Origin: Phycisphaera mikurensis NBRC 102666
GTDB lineage: Bacteria; Planctomycetota; Phycisphaerae; Phycisphaerales; Phycisphaeraceae
NCBI RefSeq assembly: GCF_000284115.1
Contig: NC_017080.1
Location: 1,980,001-2,012,000 of the forward strand
Direction: 5' to 3'
DNA: 32,000 bases
Numbering within the stretch: the stretch's first letter is position 1; each line of letters starts with the position of its first letter. The position numbers were made by a program, and so were the translations under genes. This document shows positions 1 through 9,578 of the stretch, piece after piece. The notes beneath the pieces were generated by a model, which saw nothing but the letters and a program-made list of their open reading frames with translations, made no database searches and was not told where the DNA came from.

Positions 1-426
1 GCCGCCAAGGACTTCGCCGCGAACGTCCGCAAGTGGGTGGAAGGCGAAGACAGCGTCACGCAGGAGGAGCTGATCCAGGTCGTCACCTCCAACAGCGGGG
101 TGAGCGAAGCCGAAGCGCGGAAGGGCCTCGACGAGATCAATTCGGCCTACACGACCGCCAAGACGGAGGCGACCGAGGCGTACGAGACGGCCAAGGCCGA
201 AGCCAGCGACGCCTACGGCGCCGCCGAGGACCGCGCGACGCAGGCATACCAGACCGCCAAGACCGAAGCCACCGAGGCGGCGCAGACCGCCTACGAGGAA
301 GGCACCGACGCGCTGGGCACCGCCGCGCTCGCCTCCTTCGCCGTGCTGCTGCTGGGCGCCCTCGCCGCCAGCTTCGGCGCCAGCCTCGGCAGGCCCGACG
401 AGGACGAGTTCCGCACCCGCGGCTGA
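1..426 (+). CDS. Partial (5' end outside window) Ala/Glu/Thr-rich helical protein with one C-terminal transmembrane segment
   Basis: Frame 1 is open from base 1 (AAKDFAANVRKWVEGEDSVTQEELIQ...) to TGA at 424-426; repeated TEA/AYETAK heptad-like text followed by ALASFAVLLLGALAASFG. Confidence 0.6.
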   Translation, partial: AAKDFAANVRKWVEGEDSVTQEELIQVVTSNSGVSEAEARKGLDEINSAYTTAKTEATEAYETAKAEASDAYGAAEDRATQAYQTAKTEATEAAQTAYEEGTDALGTAALASFAVLLLGALAASFGASLGRPDEDEFRTRG

Positions 427-557
427 GCGGAAGCCGCGGACGGTCGACGAGAACGGCCGCCCGGGCCCCCGGTCCGCGGCGGCGGTTTGCGGCGCCTCGT
501 GCCCCCCGCGGGCCCGCTGGCCTCGGGCTCGCCCGGCGCCGCGCGAGTCCGGCTCGG

Positions 558-899
558 TCACGCGTCGCCTGTGGCGACGAAGCCGAGGAAGCGCACCTCC
601 TTCTCGCGGGTCTGCAGCTTCGCAAGCTCCGCGAGGAAGACCGGGTGGTGCGGCTGGGCGTCGTGGTTCTGGATCGCCGCCTCGTCCTCCCAGCACTCCA
701 CCGACGTGAAGCGGCCGGGCTCTTTCTGGTCCTTCATCACGAAGAAGGCGAGGTTGCCCGCGTCGTGCCGCCCGTCCTCGACGTGCTGCGTGAAGAGTGC
801 GACGGCCTCCGCCTCGCGAGCCGGGTCGGTGAAGAAGTCGACGATCAGCCAGACGCCCGAGCGGGCGGCGGGCGAGAGGTTCAGCAGGTTCTCGGTCAT
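558..899 (-). CDS. ABM-type (antibiotic biosynthesis monooxygenase-like) small protein
   Basis: 113 aa; VWLIVDFFTDPAREAEAVALFTQHV...EPGRFTSVECWEDEAAIQNHDAQPHHPVF matches the ABM fold pattern; 4-bp overlap with the upstream trpF stop. Confidence 0.75.
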   Translation of the reverse strand: MTENLLNLSPAARSGVWLIVDFFTDPAREAEAVALFTQHVEDGRHDAGNLAFFVMKDQKEPGRFTSVECWEDEAAIQNHDAQPHHPVFLAELAKLQTREKEVRFLGFVATGDA

Positions 900-1594
900 C
901 CGGCCACGCTACCCGCGGCTCCCACGAACGCCCGCACCTTCGCCGCGTCCTTGACCCCCTTGGCCGACTCGACGCCGCTGGAGACGTCGACGCCGAATGG
1001 CCGCACGATCCCGATCGCCCCGGCGACGTTCTCCGGCGTGAGCCCGCCGGCGAGCCACAGCGGCGGGAGGCCGCCGCGGTCGACGCCGGCGAGGGCCTGC
1101 CAGTCGAACCGGACGCCGTGCCCGCCGGTGACCCCGCCGCGGGCCGGAGGCGGCGCGTCCACGAGCAGCGCGGCGAGGCCGCGGACGCCGGCCCAGCGCC
1201 GCACGCCGTCGGCATCGAAGGGGACCGCTTTCCACACGGTGAGTCCGGCGTCCGCGAGCGCCGCCACCTCGGCGGCGGACTCGCGGCCGTGCAGCTGCAC
1301 CGTCGTCAGACCCGCCGCCGCCGCGATCGCCCGCACGTCCTCCACCGCGTGGTCGCAGAACAGCCCCACCGGCACCGGCGCGTGCAGCCCGAAGGCGTGC
1401 AGCGCCCGGGTCACCCCCTCCGCCTCCGCCGTCTCCACGCAGCGTGGCGACCGCCGGACGAAGACGAGCCCGACGAAATCGACCCCCGCCTCCGCGCACA
1501 CCGCCGCCGTCCCCACATCCCGCACCCCGCAGATCTTCACGCGCGTGCGGTCGGCGGGCGTCTCGGCAGGAGCATGGAATCCGCGGACCGTCAC
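896..1594 (-). CDS. trpF: Phosphoribosylanthranilate isomerase
   Basis: RVKICGVRDVGTAAVCAEAGVDFVGLVF...SPRCV; GLFCDH; LQLHG; LAGGLTPENV; GVDVSSGVES. Start uncertain; GTG at 1594 chosen, annotated ORF reaches 1687. Confidence 0.88.
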   Translation of the reverse strand: MTVRGFHAPAETPADRTRVKICGVRDVGTAAVCAEAGVDFVGLVFVRRSPRCVETAEAEGVTRALHAFGLHAPVPVGLFCDHAVEDVRAIAAAAGLTTVQLHGRESAAEVAALADAGLTVWKAVPFDADGVRRWAGVRGLAALLVDAPPPARGGVTGGHGVRFDWQALAGVDRGGLPPLWLAGGLTPENVAGAIGIVRPFGVDVSSGVESAKGVKDAAKVRAFVGAAGSVAG

Positions 1595-1616
1595 CGCTCG
1601 CCTCCAGGGCGGAGGG

Positions 1617-1637
1617 CCGGGTTGCCACGCAACCCGG
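1617..1637. repeat. Short palindromic element CCGGGTTGC-CAC-GCAACCCGG (9-bp stem, 3-nt loop)
   Basis: Perfect hairpin read directly from the sequence; inverted partner at 1749-1769. Confidence 0.85.
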
Positions 1638-1748
1638 AACGGCTGCGGAGCAGCCGGTCGCCTCGGTGCAGGCGTGCTGCGGAGCACGACCCGCCGGTGG
1701 CGCGAACCAGCTCGCCGCGCCCGAAACAGCTCCGGCGCCGCCGGAGTT

Positions 1749-1769
1749 CCGGGTTGCGTGGCAACCCGG
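1749..1769. repeat. Short palindromic element, inverted copy of 1617-1637
   Basis: CCGGGTTGCGTGGCAACCCGG; flanks extend the inverted match (AGGGCCGGG...CCCGGAAC on one side, GTTCCGGG...CCCGGCCCT on the other). Confidence 0.85.
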
Positions 1770-1787
1770 CCCTGCGTGCTTGGGACC

Positions 1788-4196
1788 TCAAACCCGCTCC
1801 AATCTCGCGTACTGCAGGATCATCGTCTTGAGCCCGTGCGTCTGGAACTCGACGCTCGCCCGCGTGTGCGCACCCATCGAGTCGACCTTGCGGATCCGCC
1901 CGCGCCCGAACTGCGGGTGGCGGACCTCGGTGCCCGGGGGCCACGCGTCCGCCTCCCGGTCGGCCCGGTTCCGCTGCGCCTGCCCGCGTCGGTGCGTGAA
2001 GCCCCCGCCGTCCAAAGCATCGTCAGCGATGTCCCTGCGCTCCACCGCTGACTCGGGCAACTCGTCGAGGAAGCGGCTGGGCACCGTCGGGTTCGTCCGG
2101 CCGAAGACGGTGCGGTACTTCGTCGAGGTCAGGTACAGGTGCCGCTCGGCCCGCGTGATCCCCACGAAGGCGAGGCGCCGCTCCTCCTCCATCTCGTCCT
2201 CGTCCTCGGCGGCCCGCTGGTGCGGGAGCAGGCCGTCCTCGAGTGCGATCATGCCGACGACCGGGAACTCGAGCCCCTTCGCGGCGTGGAGGGTCATCAG
2301 CGTGACGCTGCCGTCGGCGGCGTCGATCGAGTCGGCGTCGGCAACCAGCGCGACGCGCTCCAGGAAGCCGAGCAGCTTCTCGCCGAGGCCGGGCACTTCC
2401 GCGTCGGGGTCGTCCTCGAGCCGGTCCAGCTCCATCTGCTCCTCGAACTGCGTGACGCTGGTCACCAGCTCGCCGAGGTTGGCCAGCCGCTCCTGGTCGG
2501 GGTCGCTCTTGTCGTTGCGGTAGAAGGCGTCGAGCCCGGAGCGGTCGATCACGTCGCGGACCAGATCGGCGAGCGAGCCCTGCTCGCTGGGGTCCGCGTC
2601 GCGTCTGGGGACCAGGAGCCCTTCGCCCGGCGTGGCCACCAGCCCCGCCCGCTGCCGCCAGCCCTCGAGCATCGCGTGGAACTTCGCGACCGCGACCTGC
2701 GCCCGGTTGTTCAGCCCGGCGATCTTCTCGGGATCGGCGAGGGCTCCGTTCAGCGGCTGGTCCGTCGCGAGGGTGTGCGCCCGGATCGCTTTCACGCTCG
2801 CGGCGGAGATCCCCCGGGCGGGCGTGTTGATGATCCGGAAGTGCGTCACCTCGTCGGCGGGGTTGGCGATCGCGCGGAGGAAGGCCAGCGCGTCCTTCAC
2901 CTCCTTGCGGTCGTAGAAGGCCGTGCCGCGGGCGATCTGGTACGGGATCGCGCCGTCGCGCAGCGCGTCCTCCAGCGAGCGCGACAGCGAGTTGATGCGG
3001 TAGAAGACCGCCATGTCCGACCAGGGCGTGCCGGCGTCGTGGTGGTGCTTGAGCCGCTCTGCAAGGAACTGCGCCTCCTGGTCCTGGTCGTAGGTCTTGG
3101 TGACGACCACCGGTCCGCCGTCGTCGTTGTCGGTGAACAGCCGCTTGGCCTTCCGGCGTGCGTTGTTCGCGATGAGCGCATCCGCCGCGGCGAGGATCGT
3201 CTTCGTGGAGCGGTAGTTCTGCTCCAGCCGGATCGTCTTGGCCTCGGCGTAGCCGGTCTCGAAGTCGAGGATGTTGCGGATGTCCGCGCCGCGCCACCCG
3301 TAGATGGATTGATCCGGGTCGCCGGTGACCATCAGGTTGTGGTGCGACTTCGCGAGGAAGTCGGCGATCATGAACTGGGCCCGGTTCGTGTCCTGGTACT
3401 CGTCGACGAGGATGTAGCGGAAGCGGTCCTGCAGCTCGGCGAGGACGTCAGGGTGGTTGGAGCACAGCTCGACGGTCTTCATCAGCAGGTCGTCGAAGTC
3501 GACCGCCGAGTTGCGCACCAGGATCTGCTGGTACTTGGCGTAGACCTTCGCGACCGTCCGCTTGTGGAAGTCGCTGGCGGTGGCCTGGTACGCCGCGGGC
3601 GTGAGCAGCTCGTTCTTGGCGTTGGAGATGCCCGCGAGCATCGAGGCGGGGGCGAAGTTCTTCGGGTTGATCTCCAGCTCGGACAGCGCGGTCTTGATCG
3701 CCGCCTTCTGGTCGGCCGTGTCGTAGATCGAGTAGCCCGGCGGCAGCCCCACCCGCTCGGCGTGCTGGCGGATGAGTCGCGCGCACAGGGCGTGGAAGGT
3801 CGAGACCGTCGCCGCCCGGGCCTGCTTCTCGGTAAGCAGCTGCGCCACCCGCTCGCGCATCTCGCCGGCGGCCTTGTTCGTGAACGTGATCGCCAGCACG
3901 TGCCACGGCGGCACGCCGCAGGCCCGCACCAGGTACGCCACCCGCCGCGTGATCACCCGCGTCTTGCCCGACCCCGGCCCCGCGAGCACCAAGAGCGGCC
4001 CGTCCACGTGCGCCACCGCCTCGGCCTGCGGCTCGGTCAGCCCCTCGGTCAGCTCCGCCGCGTGGTCGACGCCGGCGGACCGGTAGCCGGCGCTCGCCTC
4101 CTTGAACGTCGCCGGCTCGGGCGGAGCGGCGGCCGCGGCCTTCGGGTGGGCCTCGTCGGACAGGAAGTCCGGCAGAACATCGGCGGCGTCGGGCAT
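1788..4196 (-). CDS. uvrD: UvrD/PcrA-family superfamily 1 ATP-dependent DNA helicase
   Basis: 802 aa from MPDAADVLPDF; Walker A LVLAGPGSGKTRVITRR, VDEYQDTNRAQ, GDPDQSIYGWRGAD, LEQNYRST, MTLHAAKGLEFPVV, FVGITRAE, and a C-terminal PcrA-like FGRGRI segment. Confidence 0.95.
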   Translation of the reverse strand: MPDAADVLPDFLSDEAHPKAAAAAPPEPATFKEASAGYRSAGVDHAAELTEGLTEPQAEAVAHVDGPLLVLAGPGSGKTRVITRRVAYLVRACGVPPWHVLAITFTNKAAGEMRERVAQLLTEKQARAATVSTFHALCARLIRQHAERVGLPPGYSIYDTADQKAAIKTALSELEINPKNFAPASMLAGISNAKNELLTPAAYQATASDFHKRTVAKVYAKYQQILVRNSAVDFDDLLMKTVELCSNHPDVLAELQDRFRYILVDEYQDTNRAQFMIADFLAKSHHNLMVTGDPDQSIYGWRGADIRNILDFETGYAEAKTIRLEQNYRSTKTILAAADALIANNARRKAKRLFTDNDDGGPVVVTKTYDQDQEAQFLAERLKHHHDAGTPWSDMAVFYRINSLSRSLEDALRDGAIPYQIARGTAFYDRKEVKDALAFLRAIANPADEVTHFRIINTPARGISAASVKAIRAHTLATDQPLNGALADPEKIAGLNNRAQVAVAKFHAMLEGWRQRAGLVATPGEGLLVPRRDADPSEQGSLADLVRDVIDRSGLDAFYRNDKSDPDQERLANLGELVTSVTQFEEQMELDRLEDDPDAEVPGLGEKLLGFLERVALVADADSIDAADGSVTLMTLHAAKGLEFPVVGMIALEDGLLPHQRAAEDEDEMEEERRLAFVGITRAERHLYLTSTKYRTVFGRTNPTVPSRFLDELPESAVERRDIADDALDGGGFTHRRGQAQRNRADREADAWPPGTEVRHPQFGRGRIRKVDSMGAHTRASVEFQTHGLKTMILQYARLERV

Positions 4197-4262
4197 CGGG
4201 CGAGTGTACGGATGGGGTGCTACCGTTCCTTTCCCGAACAGGGATTCTGCGTGGCGGAGGTC

Positions 4263-4495
4263 GTACGGGCAGCGCTTCGCTTCATCACAGAGGGCGCAGA
4301 GGCACGGAGGCCACGGAGAGAGGCACAGAGGTGGATGGTTTTGCGTCGATCCAGCAGAAGAGATGGTCCTGTTGACGCTGGTAGTTTCGATCGCGGAGTC
4401 GAAGCCGAGGCCGCGGGCGAGTCCGCGGGGCCAATCCTGACTTCTTCTCTCCGTGCCTCCTCTGTGGCCTCTGTGCCTCCGTGTCCTCTGTGATC
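4263..4495. repeat. Inverted-repeat intergenic element with CACAGAGG/CACGGAGG-rich arms
   Basis: Left arm ATCACAGAGGGCGCAGAGGCACGGAGGCCACGGAGAG (about 4285-4320) matches the reverse complement of the right arm ...CTCTCCGTGCCTCCTCTGTGGCCTCTGTGCCTCCGTGTCCTCTGTGAT (about 4447-4493). Confidence 0.85.
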
Positions 4496-4517
4496 TGCCT
4501 CGGAAGGATCCGCGACG

Positions 4518-6257
4518 ATGCTCAACCAGCTCCACATCCAGAACCTCGCCGTCATCGAGGACGCCACGGTGGACTTCGCCGAGGGGCTCAACGTGTTCAC
4601 GGGCGCCACCGGGGCGGGCAAGTCGCTGGTGATCGGGGCTTTCGAGGCGCTGCTCGGGCTGCGCAAGGCGACGGACATGGTGCGGCCCGGGGCGAAGGAG
4701 GCGCGGATCTCCGGCTTGTTCACGCTGGACGATCCGCGGGCGGCGGCGGAGGTCGGCGAGGCGCTCGACCAGGAGATCGCCGCCGGCGAGGAGTTCCTGC
4801 TCACGCGGAAGCTGTTCGCGTCCGGCCGCTCCAGCGTGTCCGTGAACGGCCAGCCCGCGACGGCGGCGATGCTCGCGCGGGCGGCGGAGTCGCTCGTGGA
4901 CATCCACGGCCAGCACGACCACCAGCACCTCTTCAAGCCGGCCCACCAGCTGGCGATCCTCGACGGCTACGCCGGCACCGAAGCGCTGCGGGACCGCTTC
5001 GCCGCGGGCTTCGCGGAGCTGCGTTCGATGAAGAAGAAGCGGGATCGGCTCGCCGCCTCCGCCGAGCTGCGCGAGCAACAACGCGACCTGGCGCAGTTCC
5101 AGCTCGACGAGATCGACGCGGTGGAGCCGCAGGAGGGCGAGTTTCCCGAGCTCGCCAGCCGCGGGGCCGTGCTCGGCAACGTGCAGTCGCTCAAAGCGGA
5201 TGCGGCGCGTTGTTACGGCGCGCTGTATGAAGCCGACGGCTCGATCAACGAGCGGCTGCAGGGGCTCACCGGGATCCTCCTCGACGTCGCGGAGACGGAT
5301 CCGTCGGCCGCGCCCATCGCCGAGGCCGTCCGCTCCGCCACGATGATGCTCCAGGAGGCGGCCTTCGATCTGTCCCGCTACGAGAGCCGGCTGGAGACCG
5401 ACCCCGAGGAGGCCGCCGAGGTGGAGGCCCGGCTCAACCAGCTCAACCGGCTCATCGCCAAGCACGGCGACGGCCGCAGCGGCCGGCACGTCGTCGGCGG
5501 AGAGGACCCGCTGCAGCCGGTGATCGACAAGCGGAACCAGCTCGCCGAGCAGCTCGAGAAGCTGGCCGCCGCCGAGACGGACGCGGGCGGCCTGGACGCG
5601 CAGATCGAGGCCGCCGAGCGGGCGCTGGACGAGCTGGCCGGGGCGCTGACGGTGAAGCGGAAGGCCGCCGCCGCCGAGCTCGCCCCCGCCGTCGCGGCGC
5701 AGCTCGCCGAGCTGGGCATGGTCGGGGCGACGCTGGACGTCGGCTTCGATGCCGCCGACGACACGCCCTCGGGCCGCGACCGGATCGAGTTCCTCGCCCG
5801 CACCAACCCCGGCCAGCCCGAGCGTCCGCTGCGGGCGATCGCCTCCGGCGGCGAGCTCTCGCGCGTGATGCTCGCGCTCAAGGGCGTCCTCCACGGCGGA
5901 GACCGCATCTCGGTCCTCGTCTTCGACGAGGTCGACGCGAACATCGGCGGGCGGTTGGGGTCGGTGATCGGGCGGAAGCTGCGGGCGCTGGCGGATGCAG
6001 ATGCCGCGGAAGGGCCGAAACCGCAGGTCCTCTGCATCACGCACCTCGCGCAGATCGCCGCCTTCGGCGACAAGCACTTCGTCATCCAGAAGAGGACGAC
6101 CGGCTCGAAGAAGACCGATTCCACCGCGACGACCGTCGCCGCCATCGACGGCAAGGCCCGCGTCGACGAACTCGCCGAGATGCTCGCGGGCGCCGAGGCG
6201 ACCCCGACGACGAGGAAGCAAGCCCGCGAGCTCCTCCGCGTGGCGGAGCGGGGGTGA
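4518..6257 (+). CDS. recN: DNA repair protein RecN
   Basis: 579 aa; MLNQLHIQNLAVIEDATVDFAEGLNVFTGATGAGKS, DIHGQHDHQHLF, SGGELSRVMLALKGVL, LVFDEVDANIGG, QVLCITHLAQIAAFGDKHFVI. GGAAGG upstream of ATG. Confidence 0.96.
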   Translation: MLNQLHIQNLAVIEDATVDFAEGLNVFTGATGAGKSLVIGAFEALLGLRKATDMVRPGAKEARISGLFTLDDPRAAAEVGEALDQEIAAGEEFLLTRKLFASGRSSVSVNGQPATAAMLARAAESLVDIHGQHDHQHLFKPAHQLAILDGYAGTEALRDRFAAGFAELRSMKKKRDRLAASAELREQQRDLAQFQLDEIDAVEPQEGEFPELASRGAVLGNVQSLKADAARCYGALYEADGSINERLQGLTGILLDVAETDPSAAPIAEAVRSATMMLQEAAFDLSRYESRLETDPEEAAEVEARLNQLNRLIAKHGDGRSGRHVVGGEDPLQPVIDKRNQLAEQLEKLAAAETDAGGLDAQIEAAERALDELAGALTVKRKAAAAELAPAVAAQLAELGMVGATLDVGFDAADDTPSGRDRIEFLARTNPGQPERPLRAIASGGELSRVMLALKGVLHGGDRISVLVFDEVDANIGGRLGSVIGRKLRALADADAAEGPKPQVLCITHLAQIAAFGDKHFVIQKRTTGSKKTDSTATTVAAIDGKARVDELAEMLAGAEATPTTRKQARELLRVAERG

Positions 6258-6281
6258 CGGTCCGCGCAGCGGACGCGAAAG

Positions 6282-6302
6282 CCGGATCGCTGCGCGATCC
6301 GG
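6282..6302. repeat. Short palindromic element CCGGATCGC-TGC-GCGATCCGG
   Basis: Same 9-3-9 architecture as 1617-1637; same core at 18248-18268 in the opposite orientation. Confidence 0.85.
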
Positions 6303-6497
6303 GCCGAGCGGGAGGGCGGCTCCCGGGGGGTCCAATCCGCGGCTGCGCAGCGGGTCGGCTCCAAGGGTCGAATCCGCGGCTGCGCCGCGAGTCGGCTTCG
6401 CCGACGCCCGGACCGCGGCAGCGGTCCGGCTTCCGCGTAGGCTGCGCCCACCGGTTCGGGCCGCGGGGGCCCGGACACCGCGCCGTGGACACCGTGC

Positions 6498-6535
6498 CGA
6501 GGAAGCAGGCCCGCGAGCTGCTCTGCCTTGCGGAG
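6498..6535 (+). other. Detached duplicate of the recN 3' end
   Basis: CGAGGAAGCAGGCCCGCGAGCTGCTCTGCCTTGCGGAG aligns 33/38 with recN 6211-6248; encodes PRKQARELLCLAE versus TRKQARELLRVAE and is followed by its own stop. Confidence 0.7.
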
Positions 6536-6592
6536 CTCACGTAGCGCGGACACGCGACGCCACGCCGCGGCAGCCGCAGGCGGCACGAAGCC

Positions 6593-9019
6593 TCAGCCCA
6601 CGCGACGGCGGCGGAGCACGAGCGTGGCGAGGGCGAGCAGGCCGGCGGCGCCGGGCTCGGGCACGACGGTGAGGGTGGTCAGGGTCGTGGTGCCGCCCAG
6701 CGGCGTGAAGCTCAGGCCCAGGTCCGACGCGGGGGTGCCGGGCTGCACGACCGGGCCGAGGTCGTACGCGCCCACCCGCAGTCCGCCGGCGTCGAAGAAG
6801 GCGACGACGGCGTCGTCGGCCTGCGACGGCGTGGGCGTGACGGGCCCGGGGTCGAGCAGGCGGCCGCTCCGCGAGCCCAGCGCCACCACGCCGAGCCCGT
6901 CGCCGACGCTCAGGACGACCTCCCCGGTGGAGGGGTCGTAGGTGCCCGAAGCGGTGCCGGCCGCGGCGGCCGCGGCAACGCCCGCGGAAGCGGCGTCGGC
7001 GAAGACGCCCGCGGACCGCGACGCCGCGGCGCCCGACGCCGCGCCCACCGTTGCCCCCAGGTTGCCGGCGAGCAGCTGGGCGTCGCCGGTGCCGGTGAAC
7101 ACCTCGGCCACGTCCACGTCGCCGTCGCCGCTGAAGTCGCCGTCCACCCACGCGGCGCCTCCGGTGATCCCCAGGTTGCTCGCGAGGATCTGCGCGTCGC
7201 CGTTCCCGGTGAACACCTCCGCCACGTCCACGTCGCCGTCGAGGTTCGCGTCGCCGATGAGGGCGCGGGTCGCGTGCACGCCGGCGGCGTCGTACGTCAC
7301 CGCCAACGCGGTGCCGTCCTCGAAGGGCGCCTGCGCGACGGTGGCGAAGCGGCCCCCGAGGTCGCCGGCGGCGAGCACGGTGGCCCGCTCGTAGGGCGCA
7401 GGCACGGCTTCGGGGCTCGACGCGGTAAGCTCCAGCCCGCCGGCGAGCGTGGCGGTCCCGCTGGTGGTGAGCACGGCTCCGGGTTCGTCGTGGAACTGGA
7501 CGATCAGGCGGCCGCCGTTGTACTGCTCCAGGTCGCCGCCGCCCAGGTCGTTGACGCCCGCGGCGAGGATCGCCCCGCCGTCGTTGAGCACGTCGCCGGT
7601 GGTCTCGGCGTTGACGAGCAGGAGCTGGCCGAAGTTCTCCACCTCGCGGCCGAAGTCGGCGGTGCTGTCGATGAGGGTGAGGCTCGCGTTGGGGTTGACG
7701 TCCACGCGGCCACCCGCGAACACGCCCAGGTGGCCCTCCCGCACCAGGACCTGAGCGAGGTCATATAGATCGAGAAGCTCGCCCCCCTCCACCCGCCCGC
7801 CCGGCTGGACCTCCAACGAAGCGTCCTCCTCGAGGATGAAGCTCCCGCCGTCGCCGATCCGCACCGTGCCGCCGACCTCAACGGAACCGTCGGGGGCAAC
7901 GGACAGCCCGGCGGCCGCGTCGACGAGGCCGCCGGCGGAGACCCCGAGCGTCGCGTCGGTCCCGAGCGTCACGCCCTCGGGGGAGGTGAGGGTCCCGCCG
8001 ACCCGCATCCCGGCACCGGCGTCCACCGGTGTCCGCAGGTCGCTGTGGAGCTTGCCCGCGACCACCAGCTCTCCGGCGTCGACGCGGAGGCGGCCCACCC
8101 GGCTGTCCTCGCCTGCGAGGGTCAGCGTATAACCGGCATTGTCCACCACCAGCGTGCCGGAGCCGCCGAGGTCGCCGGAGAAGGTCGTCGCCGTGGCGCC
8201 GTTGGAGTGGCTGCCGACGGTGAGGATGGCCGCGGAGCCGGCCAGATCCACCACCCCGGTGCCGCTGAGCGAGGCGATGCGGTCGTCCACCTCGTCGACC
8301 AGGAACGTGCCGTCCGCACGCACGCGGGTCCCGTCGCTGAGGCGGCCGTTGTCGGCCAGCCGGACCGTCCCCGACGCGATGTTCAGCTCCGAGAAGCCGT
8401 TCCCGCTGCCCCGCAGGTGGACCCTGGACGTCTCGGGCAGGTCCACCGTCACCGTCTGCCCCGGGGCGATCAGGTTCCGGTTGAAGAAGACGGCGCCGCC
8501 CGAGAGCGTCGGTTCCCTGGCGGTGCGCCGGAAGCCGATCGTGATCCCGCGGTCGTAGGAGTGAACCGGGCGTTCGAAGCCCAGGACGCCGGGCTTGCTG
8601 AGCCAGATGCCGAAGTCTTCGGCGCCTCCGCCGACGACGTCGAGCCGCGTGTAGAAGCGGTTGCGGGCGGCGTGGTTCAGGTAGATCTCGTCCGTGATGC
8701 CCAGCCGGCCGTCGCCGCGGAGATCGAAGCCCGGCTCGCCCGCCTCGCCGGAGAAGGTGACCCGGTCGACGGTGTACGCCAAGTTGACGTCGACCTGGTA
8801 CCGCTCCGTCGCGATGCCCGCCTGGAAGACCGCCGCCTGGTCGAGATCGGACGACTCGGCGCGCCTGGGGTATTGCTGGTCGCCCCAGTTGCGGTTGAGG
8901 TTCCATGCGGCGCTGTTGTCGTCCCACCCCGTCCAGGTCACGGCCTCGGCGGTCTCGATGCAGAAGCTTGCTTGGAGGAAGGCGGCGGCGAGGGGAAGCA
9001 GGCGTCGGTCAATCGGCAC
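6593..9019 (-). CDS. Large secreted autotransporter/beta-helix-like protein with two dockerin-like motifs and a PEP-CTERM sorting signal
   Basis: 808 aa from GTG 9019 preceded by GCAGGAGG; GDANLDGDVDVAEVFTGNGDAQILASNLG and GDFSGDGDVDVAEVFTGTGDAQLLAGNLG; C-terminus VVPEPGAAGLLALATLVLRRRRVG. Confidence 0.88.
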   Translation of the reverse strand: MPIDRRLLPLAAAFLQASFCIETAEAVTWTGWDDNSAAWNLNRNWGDQQYPRRAESSDLDQAAVFQAGIATERYQVDVNLAYTVDRVTFSGEAGEPGFDLRGDGRLGITDEIYLNHAARNRFYTRLDVVGGGAEDFGIWLSKPGVLGFERPVHSYDRGITIGFRRTAREPTLSGGAVFFNRNLIAPGQTVTVDLPETSRVHLRGSGNGFSELNIASGTVRLADNGRLSDGTRVRADGTFLVDEVDDRIASLSGTGVVDLAGSAAILTVGSHSNGATATTFSGDLGGSGTLVVDNAGYTLTLAGEDSRVGRLRVDAGELVVAGKLHSDLRTPVDAGAGMRVGGTLTSPEGVTLGTDATLGVSAGGLVDAAAGLSVAPDGSVEVGGTVRIGDGGSFILEEDASLEVQPGGRVEGGELLDLYDLAQVLVREGHLGVFAGGRVDVNPNASLTLIDSTADFGREVENFGQLLLVNAETTGDVLNDGGAILAAGVNDLGGGDLEQYNGGRLIVQFHDEPGAVLTTSGTATLAGGLELTASSPEAVPAPYERATVLAAGDLGGRFATVAQAPFEDGTALAVTYDAAGVHATRALIGDANLDGDVDVAEVFTGNGDAQILASNLGITGGAAWVDGDFSGDGDVDVAEVFTGTGDAQLLAGNLGATVGAASGAAASRSAGVFADAASAGVAAAAAAGTASGTYDPSTGEVVLSVGDGLGVVALGSRSGRLLDPGPVTPTPSQADDAVVAFFDAGGLRVGAYDLGPVVQPGTPASDLGLSFTPLGGTTTLTTLTVVPEPGAAGLLALATLVLRRRRVG

Positions 9020-9521
9020 GGAAGGGTTCCTCCTGCGGCCTCGGGCGAGGCTCGGATCGGGTGAAAGGGACGGGATGGGTCGGGCGCGTGGCCGCGAGAC
9101 GCGAGAGCGTCTCCCCGAGCCTCGGCCGGCCCACGCGGAGACGGTGGTGGTGTCGGAGCGGCCATCGCGTGTGCATGCCAGCCTCTTTCCCGGGTCCATT
9201 GGCGCGACCCCGCGGGTGGAAGCTACCAGACCCTTCGCCGGAGGAAAAGTCGATGGGGCGCTGGATCGAGCACTTGTCATCCGCAGGACCGAGCGGAGCG
9301 CGGATCGGCGGAGGCGACAGCGTGCCCCGCGGACACCCCGCGCCGATCGTCGCCCACGCGCCGCGCCTCGGCTGCCTGCGCCAGCCGCTCCGCAATGCGA
9401 GGCGGGCCGCTCGAACGCCGCCGGTGCCCGCGCTCGAGCCCGCCCCGCGGCAGCCGTCTGGTTTCCGCCTGGGCTGCGCCCCCCGGCGAGGGAGGCGGAC
9501 CCGCGGACCGCGCCCGAACAC

Positions 9522-9547
9522 GCCGCGGAACGGTGACGGTCCGCGGC
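9522..9547. repeat. Second palindromic family GCCGCGGA-N10-TCCGCGGC
   Basis: GCCGCGGAACGGTGACGGTCCGCGGC; also at 9873-9898 and, with a diverged loop, 17830-17855. Confidence 0.8.
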
Positions 9548-9578
9548 GCCGAAGGTTTTCTTGTGCTTCGAGGAAGGG

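Noticed and set aside
1788-6335. Single 1515-aa minus-strand ORF from the track
   Set aside because: Only 1788-4196 is helicase coding. The rest is antisense to recN and through an intergenic repeat; high GC suppresses stop codons and makes long false ORFs.
6254-6544. Independent 96-aa gene after recN
   Set aside because: Composed of palindromic repeat text and the recN tail fragment; no evidence of a real start or coding constraint.
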